43,380 nucleotides of DNA from a virus (IMGVR_UViG_3300018050_001064:1-43380), one strand, 5' to 3'; numbered from the stretch's first letter, positions 17,377-27,294 are shown. A program made the numbers and translations. Notes: generated from the letters alone by a model not told the origin.

Positions 17377-19242
17377 TCACTCGGAGGGCATCTTGGGGTC
17401 TGAAGGGGTGGCTGACCCCTCTGGCTGGCTCTCTGCGGGCTTTTCCTCTGGAGGGGGAGGCGGAGGCGGGGCAAGGAAGCCAAACGCCAAGGCGGGCACG
17501 AACTGCATTACTTCGCAGTCCCACAAGTGATTCGCTCGCTTGCCGATGCGTTTCCACTCTGGCTTGCCTGCAAGATTCTTCGTGCGGACTTCGGACTCCA
17601 TCTGGTCGAGGTAGTCCTGTCCTGCGTCAGCGGACAGCGTATGCTTTCCAATCTTACGCATACGGGAGAGTTGGTCTTTCAACGCCAAGTTGGAAAAGTG
17701 GTGAACGCTTACGGGTCCCGTTCCGACATTGACCAACCTACGAGGAGAGTAGACTTTGCCGACGGGCTTTCGTCCCTTCGATGTTTCAATCATCCAAGTG
17801 AACTCGTATCGCTGGTCACCACGCAACGCAGTCCACTTGTTGATACCGCATTGGCGTATAACATCGTCGAATTGGTCACCGCAGTCCACATATGTCAGAG
17901 CGGGGTGCACCTCCAGAGTCTTGCCCATCGCTACGACATCTTCCCAAGTCTGGACATACTTCCACTTCACGAGACGGCTGTCGCCTCCTTCTGCCCAAGA
18001 CCTAACAAGGACGAAGAAGCCTTCTCTCTGCACATCGACTGTCATAAAGCGTGCTCGTATCTGCTTCTCACGCTTGTGGTCGGAATGTATCTTACGGCTC
18101 GCTGGGTCGATGCGGGCTTCCCTGTCCCACTCCTCGCACATCTTGTAGTCGCCGATGTTGGCGAGCGAACCAAAGTCATCGGGTGCGTCCGACCAGAACT
18201 GTGCCAACTGCTTCTGGCGGAAGATTTGCATAGCCTTGCTGTCCCCGTTCAAGTCGAGGGCGAGTTTCGCACGAACATACATCTCCGCCATCACGCCCCA
18301 CGAGCGTGCCGCCAGACCGCTCCAAGTGTAGCCGTGGTTCGCTGGGTCTGCCAGAGGGTTGGTCACGGCATAGAAGCCCGTGGCATTGAAGTCGTCTCGG
18401 TTAGACCTCGTGTCGTCGAACCGCTTCTTGCACCCCTCGCACTCATACTTGGTCTCCTTGCGGATGAGGTTGTAGTCCATCTCGCCGTCGGGCATCTGGG
18501 CATCGGGTATCTTTACCTGTTCCCAATTCCAAGGCTGCCTATGACCGCAGGAGGGACAGCAGAACGACCAGACTCGCTTGTCGGTCGTGTTCCACATAGC
18601 CTCGGTGTCGTCTCCGACGAACGACCCCTGCGACATAAACACACGCTTACCCATCCAGCCGAAGGAGGTCACACGGGCGGAGGCTTCCGCCATATGCCCC
18701 TGCGGCCACAACCAAGTTTCGTCACCGACCAGCCACCTAATCGAACGGCGTTGGAGGTTCTTCTCGTTGAACGCCCCCAAGCACCAGAAGGTCATATCCT
18801 CCGTCTGGACTGTTCCGTTCTTCTTGCCCGTCTCGTCCTTCGCCAACTTCGCTAGGACAGGGGGCACATTCTCCCACAGGATTTTAAGACGGCTCTGCAT
18901 CCAATCGCCCGCATTGTCGTCCGTGTCATTGAGGTAGAGCGTCGGGGCTGGTTGGCGTGCGATAATAAAACACGACAGCATTTCCGCCATCAGCGACTTC
19001 CCAGACTGAATAGGTGCTATCGTCATCGTCATCCGAACCTCTGGGTCGGCACACGCCCGCAGGGGTTCTGCCAGCCACGGGGTCTCCTGCACCCGAAACC
19101 CAGACGGCATCGGGGAGAACGGAATCTGGCGGATGTTCGCCTCCAGCCACGCCACGATGTCTCCGCCCTCGTCGGGTCGGAACACCTTACGGATGCGGGC
19201 TTCGAGTTGGTCGGCAATAGCCTCCTTTTGAGCGGGGGTCAT
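17377..19242 (-). CDS. terL: Terminase large subunit, GpA family
   Basis: TPWLAEPL, APIQSGKS Walker A, LVGDE Walker B, CPSC/CEGC, MTVDVQ nuclease motif, ANHLWDC. Confidence 0.93.
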   Translation of the reverse strand: MTPAQKEAIADQLEARIRKVFRPDEGGDIVAWLEANIRQIPFSPMPSGFRVQETPWLAEPLRACADPEVRMTMTIAPIQSGKSLMAEMLSCFIIARQPAPTLYLNDTDDNAGDWMQSRLKILWENVPPVLAKLAKDETGKKNGTVQTEDMTFWCLGAFNEKNLQRRSIRWLVGDETWLWPQGHMAEASARVTSFGWMGKRVFMSQGSFVGDDTEAMWNTTDKRVWSFCCPSCGHRQPWNWEQVKIPDAQMPDGEMDYNLIRKETKYECEGCKKRFDDTRSNRDDFNATGFYAVTNPLADPANHGYTWSGLAARSWGVMAEMYVRAKLALDLNGDSKAMQIFRQKQLAQFWSDAPDDFGSLANIGDYKMCEEWDREARIDPASRKIHSDHKREKQIRARFMTVDVQREGFFVLVRSWAEGGDSRLVKWKYVQTWEDVVAMGKTLEVHPALTYVDCGDQFDDVIRQCGINKWTALRGDQRYEFTWMIETSKGRKPVGKVYSPRRLVNVGTGPVSVHHFSNLALKDQLSRMRKIGKHTLSADAGQDYLDQMESEVRTKNLAGKPEWKRIGKRANHLWDCEVMQFVPALAFGFLAPPPPPPPEEKPAESQPEGSATPSDPKMPSE

Positions 19243-20025
19243 TTATTCGTTCTCGTCTCCCATTTCGTCCATCGCCTCATCGGTGAAGTCTTCCAGAGAA
19301 CCGCCCGCCTTCGGGGTGTCGTCGTCGAGGAGGTCTCCTACTGTTGGGAAGAGATGGGACAATGGACTGTTCGGTGGCTTGATGCCAATCGAGTCGTCGC
19401 CAATGGCGGGTGAACCATCCTTCACCAGCGGACTGTATTCCGCTATCTTCCGAAACACATCGTCCTTGAACTCCCGATATGCCTTCAAGGCTTTACTAGG
19501 ATTATCTGGATTCGCCTTCGGAGCAAAGGTCAACTCCGCTCGCTCAATCTGGCTTCGCAACTGACTCAACACCTTGCTGAACCTTGCGGCGGCCGCCTCC
19601 GCATCAATCAGTTTACCCTCTTCTTGGATACGGACAAATCGCTCCTTCTCCAGACGCAATAATGTAGCCACAGCCCTATCGTAGTTGGCATACAACTTTC
19701 CCTGTGCTGGGTCGCCCGACTGCAACGCCTGCATAAACACCTGTCTCGTCAGCCGACACAATTCCGTCTGCTCCGCCACACGGGTATCCATCTCCGAATT
19801 ACCCGTCTCCCCCGTCACCGACTGTAGGATATTGTCCAGCCCGCTCAAGTCCAACGGACGCACAGGCTGGCTGATGTGCCCCCTGTTCTGCATCTCCACC
19901 CGACGGCTATCCCTCCAAGCCCTCGCCTCCTCAATCGAGGTCGTCGGCATCCCCTCCTTCACGAGTTGCGACACCCGTCCCTTTGTAAGCCCAAGGGCGG
20001 CCGCTATTTCATTCTGTGATGGCAT
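19243..20025 (-). CDS. terS: Terminase small subunit
   Basis: N-terminal HTH SQNEIAAALGLTKGRVSQLVKEGMP (Nu1-like) and EEGKLID motif; adjacent to terL. Confidence 0.85.
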   Translation of the reverse strand: MPSQNEIAAALGLTKGRVSQLVKEGMPTTSIEEARAWRDSRRVEMQNRGHISQPVRPLDLSGLDNILQSVTGETGNSEMDTRVAEQTELCRLTRQVFMQALQSGDPAQGKLYANYDRAVATLLRLEKERFVRIQEEGKLIDAEAAAARFSKVLSQLRSQIERAELTFAPKANPDNPSKALKAYREFKDDVFRKIAEYSPLVKDGSPAIGDDSIGIKPPNSPLSHLFPTVGDLLDDDTPKAGGSLEDFTDEAMDEMGDENE

Positions 20026-20091
20026 CTATTTATGATTGGTTTATGACTGTTCTCAATTTGGTCTAAACAAGTTGGGGAAAATCGTGGTGTC

Positions 20092-20766
20092 TTACGACCC
20101 CGCACTTGGAGGGTGCTTAATAATAGATTCCTTAAGGGGGGGTGGGGGGGTGGGTGGTGTTTTTTGGGCGACGAGTTTAGTATGGGGGGCTATGTGGTGT
20201 TTCGGTTTACGAGGCTGTTTAGAGCGTTTGGATTGGTTCTTGTGCCACGCATCTGCGTAAGCCTTGCAGGCTTTCTCGCTACGCATAAATTGGGAAGGCG
20301 AGAGGTTGAAGAGTTGTTGGATACGCTTGACCTTCTTGGATACGAATTGGCGAGAGCAGTCTCGTTGCTTGGCTAACTCTGTCTCGGTGGGCGGGTCGCC
20401 AATTCCGAAGGCGATGAGGATACATCGTGCTTGGAAGAGGCAGTCGGGTGACTCGGAGAGTTGCATAGCCATCACTACACGGCGAACCACTTCTTGGACT
20501 TCATCTTCTGTGTATGTGCGTGTGGGGGCGGGGTCGGGGTCTGTGGCAGGCTCTTCCTCGTATGAGAAGGCTTGGTGGTCAGCCTTGACCTCGAATGTGT
20601 AGTTGCCATCGCCCTCACGGGCTTCGGGACCCAGCCCTTGGGCTATGAGGCTTCTCTGTGTCTCTGTGGGCTGTTGGGCGAACCATATGGCATACGCCTC
20701 TATGCCCTGCTTGTTGGCAGGGATTGCCACCTCTTTGTATTGGCTATCAGAGGGTTGGGTGTCCAT
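20092..20766 (-). CDS. HTH DNA-binding protein (sigma region 4-like)
   Basis: PPTETELAKQRDCSRQFVSKKVKRI resembles the sigma-70 region 4 HTH. Confidence 0.55.
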   Translation of the reverse strand: MDTQPSDSQYKEVAIPANKQGIEAYAIWFAQQPTETQRSLIAQGLGPEAREGDGNYTFEVKADHQAFSYEEEPATDPDPAPTRTYTEDEVQEVVRRVVMAMQLSESPDCLFQARCILIAFGIGDPPTETELAKQRDCSRQFVSKKVKRIQQLFNLSPSQFMRSEKACKAYADAWHKNQSKRSKQPRKPKHHIAPHTKLVAQKTPPTPPPPLKESIIKHPPSAGS

Positions 20767-21007
20767 TAGACAAGGGGTTGGGATTTGTCATCCCCGAAGG
20801 GGAGGTGATAGTGTTCATTAGAGACGCTTATTAGAAATCGGAAACTCCAAAAAGGCACTTGACAAAGGCTTCCTACCCCCAAAAAGAGTGTATTTAACAG
20901 TTCGAGCGTCGAGTTGTAGCATTCGCTCATCGCCTTACGGCTCTTCGCTATCACCTGTTGCTTGGTCGTGCTTTGGTTCATTGGGCTAATGGAATGCTGT
21001 GCCCGTA

Positions 21008-23077
21008 TCAGAACGGGTCGGCTTCCAGCGTCTTCATTGCGGAGTCGCTCCACTTCACGCCGTGCCAATGCCCTCGTGCGTGATTCCAGAGGATGATGGG
21101 ATTGGTGTTGGAGAGGCGGATGAGGTGGTTCGCCACATCGAATGCGGTAGCGTTTCCTACTCCCAATTTGGAGGCGATGTAACGCACCAATTGGCTCTGT
21201 TCTGGGTCGTTGCTGTGTTCGGTCGGGGGCATATCCGCCATCTTCTGCAAATCCTTCATCGAGAAGTTGGTCAGAACATTCTCGTCGTTGACCTCCCAGA
21301 GGATGCGTCCTTCGGCGTGGCGAAGGTTCATAAACGCCGTAGCCTTGCCGTCCTTGTCGAGCAGACCAGCACGCTTGCCTCTCTTGGTGAGAACCAATTC
21401 AAAGAAGGGGCGAATCTTGTCCGTCCGTCGGAGGACTGCGACCTCACGACTCCAATTCACGAGTTCCGAACTGCCCAAACCGGAGTAGGCAAGGTCTGAC
21501 ACAGTTGCGGCGGAGTTCTCTTCCGCCTTCTTGGGCTTGCCCGTATGGTGCAGGAAGACCCAGACGACCTTGGTCTCCATCAGCACGGGCTGAATCCAAT
21601 TACGCAGGAACTGCGATGCGTATGCTTGATTGGAGATGTCCCCGCCTGCGAACGAGAGAAGAGGGTCTGCGAAGAAAAAATCCGCCTTGTTGTGGACGAT
21701 TAGTTTGCGTGCCTGCTTCACGAACTCCAGCCCCACCTTGACTGTTTCTCGGTAGAACTTGATGTTGGTTCGCAGGAGTCTCTTCTCCTCGTCCGTGAGG
21801 GACATAGAGCCGACGATGCCCTTGAAGGCTTCCGCCAAATCCCCGGTGTCGTTCTCCGCCTGCATCACGATGCAACGATACGGGCGGGTGACTTGGATGT
21901 TGAAGAAGGGGCGACCGATAGCCAACATAATCGCCATCTGCATCAAGAAGGACGACTTGCCGATGCCCGATTGACCGATGACGCAGAGCGAACCGCCTTG
22001 GCAGAGCCACCTATTCCCAAGAACTGTGGTCGGGTCGTTGTCCGTGTCGTATTGCATCAGTTCGTCCACGCTGACTTCCTGCGGGACTTCGGACGATTCG
22101 AGGTATGAGAGCCACTCGTCCCAATTGGCTACGCCGACATTGAGGGCGACGATGCGTTGCTCGTGCTCGCCACGGAAGATACCCCCAAGGCGTGACCAGC
22201 GGGAGGGGTTCTTGGTCATCTCGTCTGGCTCGTAGTCGGAGAGGTAGTCGAAGACCTGTTGCCGTCTGACCTTCCACTCCTCGAAGTCCTTGGCATCGAC
22301 TCGAACCCAAGCGTGGAGCGACTTGCCACCGCTGTCGGTGATAGCACCTATTGGTAACTGCGATTGCTTGAAGATGGCGTATTGCTCCTCTTTGGGGCGT
22401 GTGTCGAACTCGACCAGCACGAAGCGGTAGATGCTGACGCTATCGTCTCGACCAGAGTAGTCGCCGTCCTTGATGGGGTTGATGCGAATCCACGCCCCTT
22501 GGGGCTTGTCACGGAACATAACCCTGTCGGTCGGGTTGATGCCGAAGAAATTATCGAGCCACCATTGGACAGTCTGGAATGTGCCCTTGGATGCGGGGAA
22601 GAAGCGTCCGTCCTCGTCCTCGCCCGCCTCGTTCGTGATGCAGATGATTTCGTCCTTCTTGAAGCAGTTCAGAAGAAGTTGTTCGGTCGTGAAACGCTCC
22701 GTATCTGGGACTAGGGGCAGATTTCCGAGGTTAACCTTGAACTTGCCCGACTGCGTGACGCTCGACTGCGTGCCCCCGTGCTTGCGTGGTGCGAGGTCGC
22801 TGTTGTCCCCCGTCAGAAGCCAACCACGAGGCTTGTTGTGCGACTTGTTCATCGCATCCCGAACCTTGTGTCGGAGTTCGCTTTCGCTCCACGGAGGCGA
22901 GCACTTGAGGCTGTAAGCCTGCATCAGCGTCCAAGTCTCCTGCTCGCTCAAGTTGAAGCCGTGGTATAGGGATACAGCAAGGGAATATGTCATCCCGTGC
23001 CCATCCTGTCCAGATACTGCGGGGGGCGTAGCCGCCATAAATCGTGCGGCACGCTCGTAAGGGGTCGTAGTCGTCAT
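21008..23077 (-). CDS. Primase-helicase (PriCT-like, primase, AAA_25/RepA-type helicase)
   Basis: CSPPWSESEL (PriCT-like); VEFD and SGGKSLHAW (primase); GQSGIGKS Walker A, FADPL and LHHTGK (helicase). Confidence 0.85.
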   Translation of the reverse strand: MTTTTPYERAARFMAATPPAVSGQDGHGMTYSLAVSLYHGFNLSEQETWTLMQAYSLKCSPPWSESELRHKVRDAMNKSHNKPRGWLLTGDNSDLAPRKHGGTQSSVTQSGKFKVNLGNLPLVPDTERFTTEQLLLNCFKKDEIICITNEAGEDEDGRFFPASKGTFQTVQWWLDNFFGINPTDRVMFRDKPQGAWIRINPIKDGDYSGRDDSVSIYRFVLVEFDTRPKEEQYAIFKQSQLPIGAITDSGGKSLHAWVRVDAKDFEEWKVRRQQVFDYLSDYEPDEMTKNPSRWSRLGGIFRGEHEQRIVALNVGVANWDEWLSYLESSEVPQEVSVDELMQYDTDNDPTTVLGNRWLCQGGSLCVIGQSGIGKSSFLMQMAIMLAIGRPFFNIQVTRPYRCIVMQAENDTGDLAEAFKGIVGSMSLTDEEKRLLRTNIKFYRETVKVGLEFVKQARKLIVHNKADFFFADPLLSFAGGDISNQAYASQFLRNWIQPVLMETKVVWVFLHHTGKPKKAEENSAATVSDLAYSGLGSSELVNWSREVAVLRRTDKIRPFFELVLTKRGKRAGLLDKDGKATAFMNLRHAEGRILWEVNDENVLTNFSMKDLQKMADMPPTEHSNDPEQSQLVRYIASKLGVGNATAFDVANHLIRLSNTNPIILWNHARGHWHGVKWSDSAMKTLEADPF

Positions 23078-23154
23078 CAGAGGTGTGTGCGAACACAGTC
23101 TCTCACGCTCTCAACGCCTGTCAACCATCAGTAATGAACATTCGTTCAACTTTT

Positions 23155-24099
23155 TCAGATGCCTTCGATGTCGAACAATCCGCCGTCCGTTGCGTCCTTC
23201 GCCTTGGACTTCTTCTCGTGCTTCTCCTCCATCGCCTGCCTCACGCCATCCCAAACGATGTCCATCGCCTTGCCAAAGGCATAGGATGCTGGCTCGCCCG
23301 GAATGCCCGCTGACTCCGATGCTTGTGCGTGTATCGCCTGCTGTGCCTGCGTCCATATGCCGACTGTGTTCATCCGTGCGTCCGCCTTATACGAGAAGAC
23401 GCTCTTCGCTACGGCGTGCCTGTCCCCCATACGGATGGATGCGTGAACCACCACGGCACGCTCCTGCTTGTCTATGGTGGTCTGGTAGTCTATCGTGACC
23501 TTCTGCGAGCGGTTGTCCGCCTCGACTGTGAGGTTGCCACGCTCCGCACGCTTGACCCCGTAAGCCCACTTGAAGACAGGCGTGACCGCTTCCGCTGGGG
23601 GTAGGGGCTGTTTCCCCGCTTCCTTTATCTTCGCACGCAGGGGCGTGAACATACGCATCACGCAAGTGCACACGGGTGCGACAAGTTCCTCGTGCCCGTG
23701 CAAGGTCAACCACTCCTTGAGGTCTGGCTGTTTGTCGAGCCACCACAGGTCGGGGTTGGGGCGTGCGTTGAGATGGTAACTCAACTTACACTCAAACTCT
23801 CTCTCCTCTATCTGGACGACCAGACGGATAATTTCCGGATCCGCCAGCAGTTGGCAGTTAACTATCTCGTCCCCTTTGTTGTCCTTCTTCCCCTTATGCA
23901 CGGCGGGCGTGCACACGAAGGCACACAACTCCGTGTGAGGGAGGATGCGTGCGGGGAGTATCTCCCAACCTTCGGGGTTGGTTGCGGAGGGCAGTTCGCC
24001 CTCCTCTTCAGAGAAAGGAGTCGTCTCCGTCGCCTTCGGTCGCCTTGGGCTTGTTCTGCCAAGGCTTCTTCTTTGCGAACGAGGAAGCGGGAGGGACAC
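23155..24099 (-). CDS. Hypothetical protein (true start likely downstream of 24008)
   Basis: Long ORF; its annotated 5' part overlaps the upstream gene and a hairpin-rich stretch, so the start is uncertain. Confidence 0.55.
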   Translation of the reverse strand: MSLPLPRSQRRSLGRTSPRRPKATETTPFSEEEGELPSATNPEGWEILPARILPHTELCAFVCTPAVHKGKKDNKGDEIVNCQLLADPEIIRLVVQIEEREFECKLSYHLNARPNPDLWWLDKQPDLKEWLTLHGHEELVAPVCTCVMRMFTPLRAKIKEAGKQPLPPAEAVTPVFKWAYGVKRAERGNLTVEADNRSQKVTIDYQTTIDKQERAVVVHASIRMGDRHAVAKSVFSYKADARMNTVGIWTQAQQAIHAQASESAGIPGEPASYAFGKAMDIVWDGVRQAMEEKHEKKSKAKDATDGGLFDIEGI

Positions 24100-24562
24100 C
24101 CGCCTGCTTACGAGCCTTCCATTCTTGGTAGTCGGCTTCCTTGATGGCGGTGGCGGTCTCCATATCGGACTCGCCCTCGAACTTCAGTTGTTCGGGGCTG
24201 ACCCAAATCTTTTCGCCCGTGCGTCCAGAGGCGAAGTATTCGACTGTGATGGTCTTCAGACCGAACTTGGTCTGGATGCCTGCCTTGATGACGAGGACTT
24301 TCTTGTCGGCAAACTTGCCAGCCGAGACTTGGCAGATGTCACCGAGGTCGAGTTCGTGCTTTTCCATTTTGCGTGCTTTGGTTTGGGATATGGTGGGAGG
24401 GAGAGGTGTGGTTAACTTGGCAGGGTCTACGCCGTTTTGGATGAGGAGTTGTTTTTCCTTCTCCGCCTTCTTGCGTCTGGCTTCCGCCTTCTGCTCGTTG
24501 ACGATGGCGAGTTTCCTTATCTCCGCCATATTCCAATCCAGACGCTCTTGCCAATTGCTCAT
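24008..24562 (-). CDS. Protein with KOW/NusG-CTD-like domain
   Basis: LGDICQVSAGKFADKKVLV...TVEYFASGR...VSPEQLK resembles the NusG C-terminal KOW domain. Confidence 0.55.
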   Translation of the reverse strand: MSNWQERLDWNMAEIRKLAIVNEQKAEARRKKAEKEKQLLIQNGVDPAKLTTPLPPTISQTKARKMEKHELDLGDICQVSAGKFADKKVLVIKAGIQTKFGLKTITVEYFASGRTGEKIWVSPEQLKFEGESDMETATAIKEADYQEWKARKQAGVPPASSFAKKKPWQNKPKATEGDGDDSFL

Positions 24563-24623
24563 TTATGATAGGCTGAACGCCGTGCACTTGTTATGCGTAT
24601 GCCGTGAACCAGCGTCAAGCGTT

Positions 24624-24974
24624 CTATCGAGGGAGGAGCAAACCTTTTTCGTATGCCCACTCTGGGTTGTGGTGAATGCGGTCGTGGCACGGACGGCACA
24701 CAGCAAGGAAGTATGTGGTGTCGTAGAGACGAGACTTCCATCGTCCACGCCTGTGATGGATGTCGCACGCAGGAGAGTCGATGCACACTTGGCATCGTGG
24801 ATGTGTAGTGAGATACTCCTTACGCACTTCTGTGTAGAGTTTGTTTTCCTTCGCTCTCTTCTTGCTTACTCTTCGCATCGGTCGATGCGTGCGTAATGTA
24901 TTCTGGATACCTTTTGATTTGAGAGTGCTGTTTGAACGCATTGGGCTTTTGCGTTTGAGCGGAGAGCGTTTCAT
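24624..24974 (-). CDS. HNH endonuclease
   Basis: CQVC...DIHH...LAVCRPCHDRIH, basic N-terminus. Confidence 0.8.
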   Translation of the reverse strand: MKRSPLKRKSPMRSNSTLKSKGIQNTLRTHRPMRRVSKKRAKENKLYTEVRKEYLTTHPRCQVCIDSPACDIHHRRGRWKSRLYDTTYFLAVCRPCHDRIHHNPEWAYEKGLLLPR

Positions 24975-25056
24975 CGGTGCAAAATTGGTGCGTTGTCGCC
25001 CTTGATGCGACCTTGTTCTCTGATTTTATTTCCCGAAACAGAAAATAAATGCTTTC

Positions 25057-25083
25057 GTAAGTCGTTGATTATCAATGAGTTAC
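25057..25083. repeat. Imperfect 27-bp palindrome in divergent intergenic region
   Basis: GTAAGTCGTTGA-TTA-TCAATGAGTTAC, 10 of 12 positions pair, AT-rich context. Confidence 0.55.
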
Positions 25084-25227
25084 AACTTTTTTGATTTTGG
25101 ACTGAAAAATGTTCTTGGCAAACGGCTGGGTATCTGATTGAGTTCCAACATCGAAATAACCGATACCCGCCCAGCACACACCACCCGCTCCTCCCTCCCA
25201 CTCTCTCACCCACACACCCACCCACAT

Positions 25228-25725
25228 ATGCCCAACGCTATGACCCCCGCCACCACCACCAATGTCATCAACGCCTTCCTGTCCGCCGCTGGACAGTTCG
25301 CCTCGGTGACCTTCAAGTCCAACCCGAAGCCCGCCGCCGAGTTCAAGGGCGTGACGCTGGAGAAGACCACCACGGGCGTGTTCCGCTCTGGTGTCAACTT
25401 CGCCAACCTCGCCTCCACCAAGGCGGAGTTCGCTAACGGCGAACGCACGGAAGTCCAGCCCCTCGCTTGGGGCACTTGGGAGAAGTTCCCCTTCGTCATC
25501 GCCCATAAGGGTGAACGCTTCCTCCGCCTCACGACTGTGAACGGCGTGAAGTCCAAGTCCACCTTCAAGGTGAACGGCAAGGAAGTCTCCCGTGACGAGT
25601 TCGAGTCCTTCCTCGTCCCCTCCGCCCGCTCCGCCGCCAAGACCCCGACCGAGGTCTTCAACATCAAGGAAGCCAACCTCGTCTCCTTCAACGGCGAGGT
25701 CTCCGAAGCGGAGGTCAACGGCTAA
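25228..25725 (+). CDS. Hypothetical protein (likely early)
   Basis: Start re-assigned to ATG 25228 after an AC-rich leader; strong codon bias. Confidence 0.75.
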   Translation: MPNAMTPATTTNVINAFLSAAGQFASVTFKSNPKPAAEFKGVTLEKTTTGVFRSGVNFANLASTKAEFANGERTEVQPLAWGTWEKFPFVIAHKGERFLRLTTVNGVKSKSTFKVNGKEVSRDEFESFLVPSARSAAKTPTEVFNIKEANLVSFNGEVSEAEVNG

Positions 25726-25732
25726 CACAACG

Positions 25733-25775
25733 GGGGCGGTAGTCCCAAAGGCTACTGCCCCCTTCCCCTTTCTCT
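25733..25775 (+). terminator. Possible terminator hairpin
   Basis: GGGGCGGTAG...CTACTGCCCC followed by a pyrimidine tract. Confidence 0.45.
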
Positions 25776-25861
25776 CACGACTATGTTCTCCGCCTTCCTC
25801 ACCTTCTTCTTCACGCTCACGGCTATCGCCCTGTGCTTCGCCCTCGCCTCGCTCTAATCGT

Positions 25862-26032
25862 ATGACCCAAGAACAAATCAACGCCATCGCCGAAGATGCC
25901 CTCGCTTGGGCACAAGGCTCGTGGGGGCAGGGACGCTACGATGCGAACCGCTTCGACAAGGAAACGATGACCCGCATCTACTCCGCCCTCGCCGACCTCT
26001 GCCGTGAGAAGGCGATTCGCAACGCCCAATAA
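25862..26032 (+). CDS. Hypothetical protein
   Basis: MTQEQINAIAEDALAW..., 56 aa, ATG at 25862. Confidence 0.55.
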   Translation: MTQEQINAIAEDALAWAQGSWGQGRYDANRFDKETMTRIYSALADLCREKAIRNAQ

Positions 26033-26095
26033 TTTTATTTGACAACCGCTTCCCAATCCGCACAAACACCAATCCACACCCAAACCAAGAACACA

Positions 26096-26386
26096 ATGCT
26101 GTCCTCCGACAAACCCGCCAACCTCTCGCAGTTCTCGTCCTTCGTGACTGTCCCAGAGGCTTCCAACAGCCAGAAGCAAAAGAAGTTCAAGGCCGTCACC
26201 TTGATTTCTCTCTCCGCCCAAGGTCACAATTCCCCCGAATGGCGTGACCGCATCGTCGCCATCAAGGAACGCACGGATGCCGTCCGTGAGTGCCTCAAGA
26301 AGCGGGGTCTCAAGTTCAACCAGAGCAAGATGGCTCTGGACGCTTACGAGCAACTCCTCGCCCGCATCGAAGCCGAACTCATCTAA
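26096..26386 (+). CDS. Hypothetical protein
   Basis: ATG at 26096 after TTGACA and an AC-rich leader. Confidence 0.65.
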   Translation: MLSSDKPANLSQFSSFVTVPEASNSQKQKKFKAVTLISLSAQGHNSPEWRDRIVAIKERTDAVRECLKKRGLKFNQSKMALDAYEQLLARIEAELI

Positions 26387-26424
26387 TCTCCAACCCAGAT
26401 ACCAACACCCAACCTAACACACAT

Positions 26425-27294
26425 ATGGTTCACACCGACATCAACGACACCACCGACGAACGCCTCTCGTCCAAGTTCGACTACCAAGTCGAATGCGTCC
26501 CCCTGCTCACGCAGGACGGACAGGCGACCCGCTTCTTCGGCAACCGACGCACCGACACGGGCGAAGTCTTCGCTACTGTCACCGACCGCTACGAAATCCT
26601 CCAGAACGAAACCCTGCTGACCTCCTCCGAGGCTCTCTTCAAGGGCAATGGTCTGGATGTCTTCAAGCGTAAGGAGGTCGTCACCCACGGCGGTGCTCGT
26701 ATGCGTGCCATCTACGACTTCCCGAACATCGGTGCGAAGGTCGATGGTCAAGACCTCACCTTCCGCCTCGCCGTCCAGAACAGTTTCGACGGGTCGCTCC
26801 GTGCCTCGTTCCAAGTCGGGATGGTTCGCCTCATCTGCACGAACGGGCTGGCGGCGCCGGTCAACACGCTCAACCTCACCCGTAAGCACACCTCCTCGCT
26901 CGATGTGGACTTCGTGGGTCGTGCTCTGGACTCCGCCGTTCAGTCCTTCCACAACGCCATCCCTGCCTTCCAGCGTATGAGCGAAATGCCCGTCTCGATG
27001 AAGGACGGCTCTCGCATCCTGTTCAACCTCGCCGACCGCAAGGTGATGAGCGAACGCCACGCTGAAGCCATCGAGGGCATCTGGAAGGCTCCGACCTTCA
27101 AGGAGGACTCCAAGCGTAACCTGTGGAATCTCTACAACGCCTGCACCCAGCACTTCACTCACAATGTCGAGGCTGGCTCTCGTGGTAAGCCCCGCTTCGA
27201 GTTGGCTGAACGCCTCAACTCGTCCGTGATGAACACGCTCGTCCGTGCCGTCCGCTCCAACCGCATCGAGGACTTGCTGGTCAAGTTGAACTAA
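26425..27294 (+). CDS. DUF932 family protein
   Basis: YEILQN, NSFDGS, RLICTNGL, RKHT and LWNLYNA motifs; start re-assigned to ATG 26425. Confidence 0.85.
   Translation: MVHTDINDTTDERLSSKFDYQVECVPLLTQDGQATRFFGNRRTDTGEVFATVTDRYEILQNETLLTSSEALFKGNGLDVFKRKEVVTHGGARMRAIYDFPNIGAKVDGQDLTFRLAVQNSFDGSLRASFQVGMVRLICTNGLAAPVNTLNLTRKHTSSLDVDFVGRALDSAVQSFHNAIPAFQRMSEMPVSMKDGSRILFNLADRKVMSERHAEAIEGIWKAPTFKEDSKRNLWNLYNACTQHFTHNVEAGSRGKPRFELAERLNSSVMNTLVRAVRSNRIEDLLVKLN

Noticed and set aside
8238-18855. Long plus-strand ORFs (8238..9281, 9260..10123, 10267..11826, 17527..18855)
   Set aside because: Antisense shadows of codon-biased capsid, scaffold and terminase genes; no recognisable motifs
20136-20160. 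G-run as a G-quadruplex or cos signal
   Set aside because: Explained by the PPTPPPP codons of the minus-strand gene; no cos site could be identified from sequence alone
25783-25857. 24-aa hydrophobic ORF MFSAFLTFFFTLTAIALCFALASL
   Set aside because: Plausible small membrane peptide but too short to support without homologs
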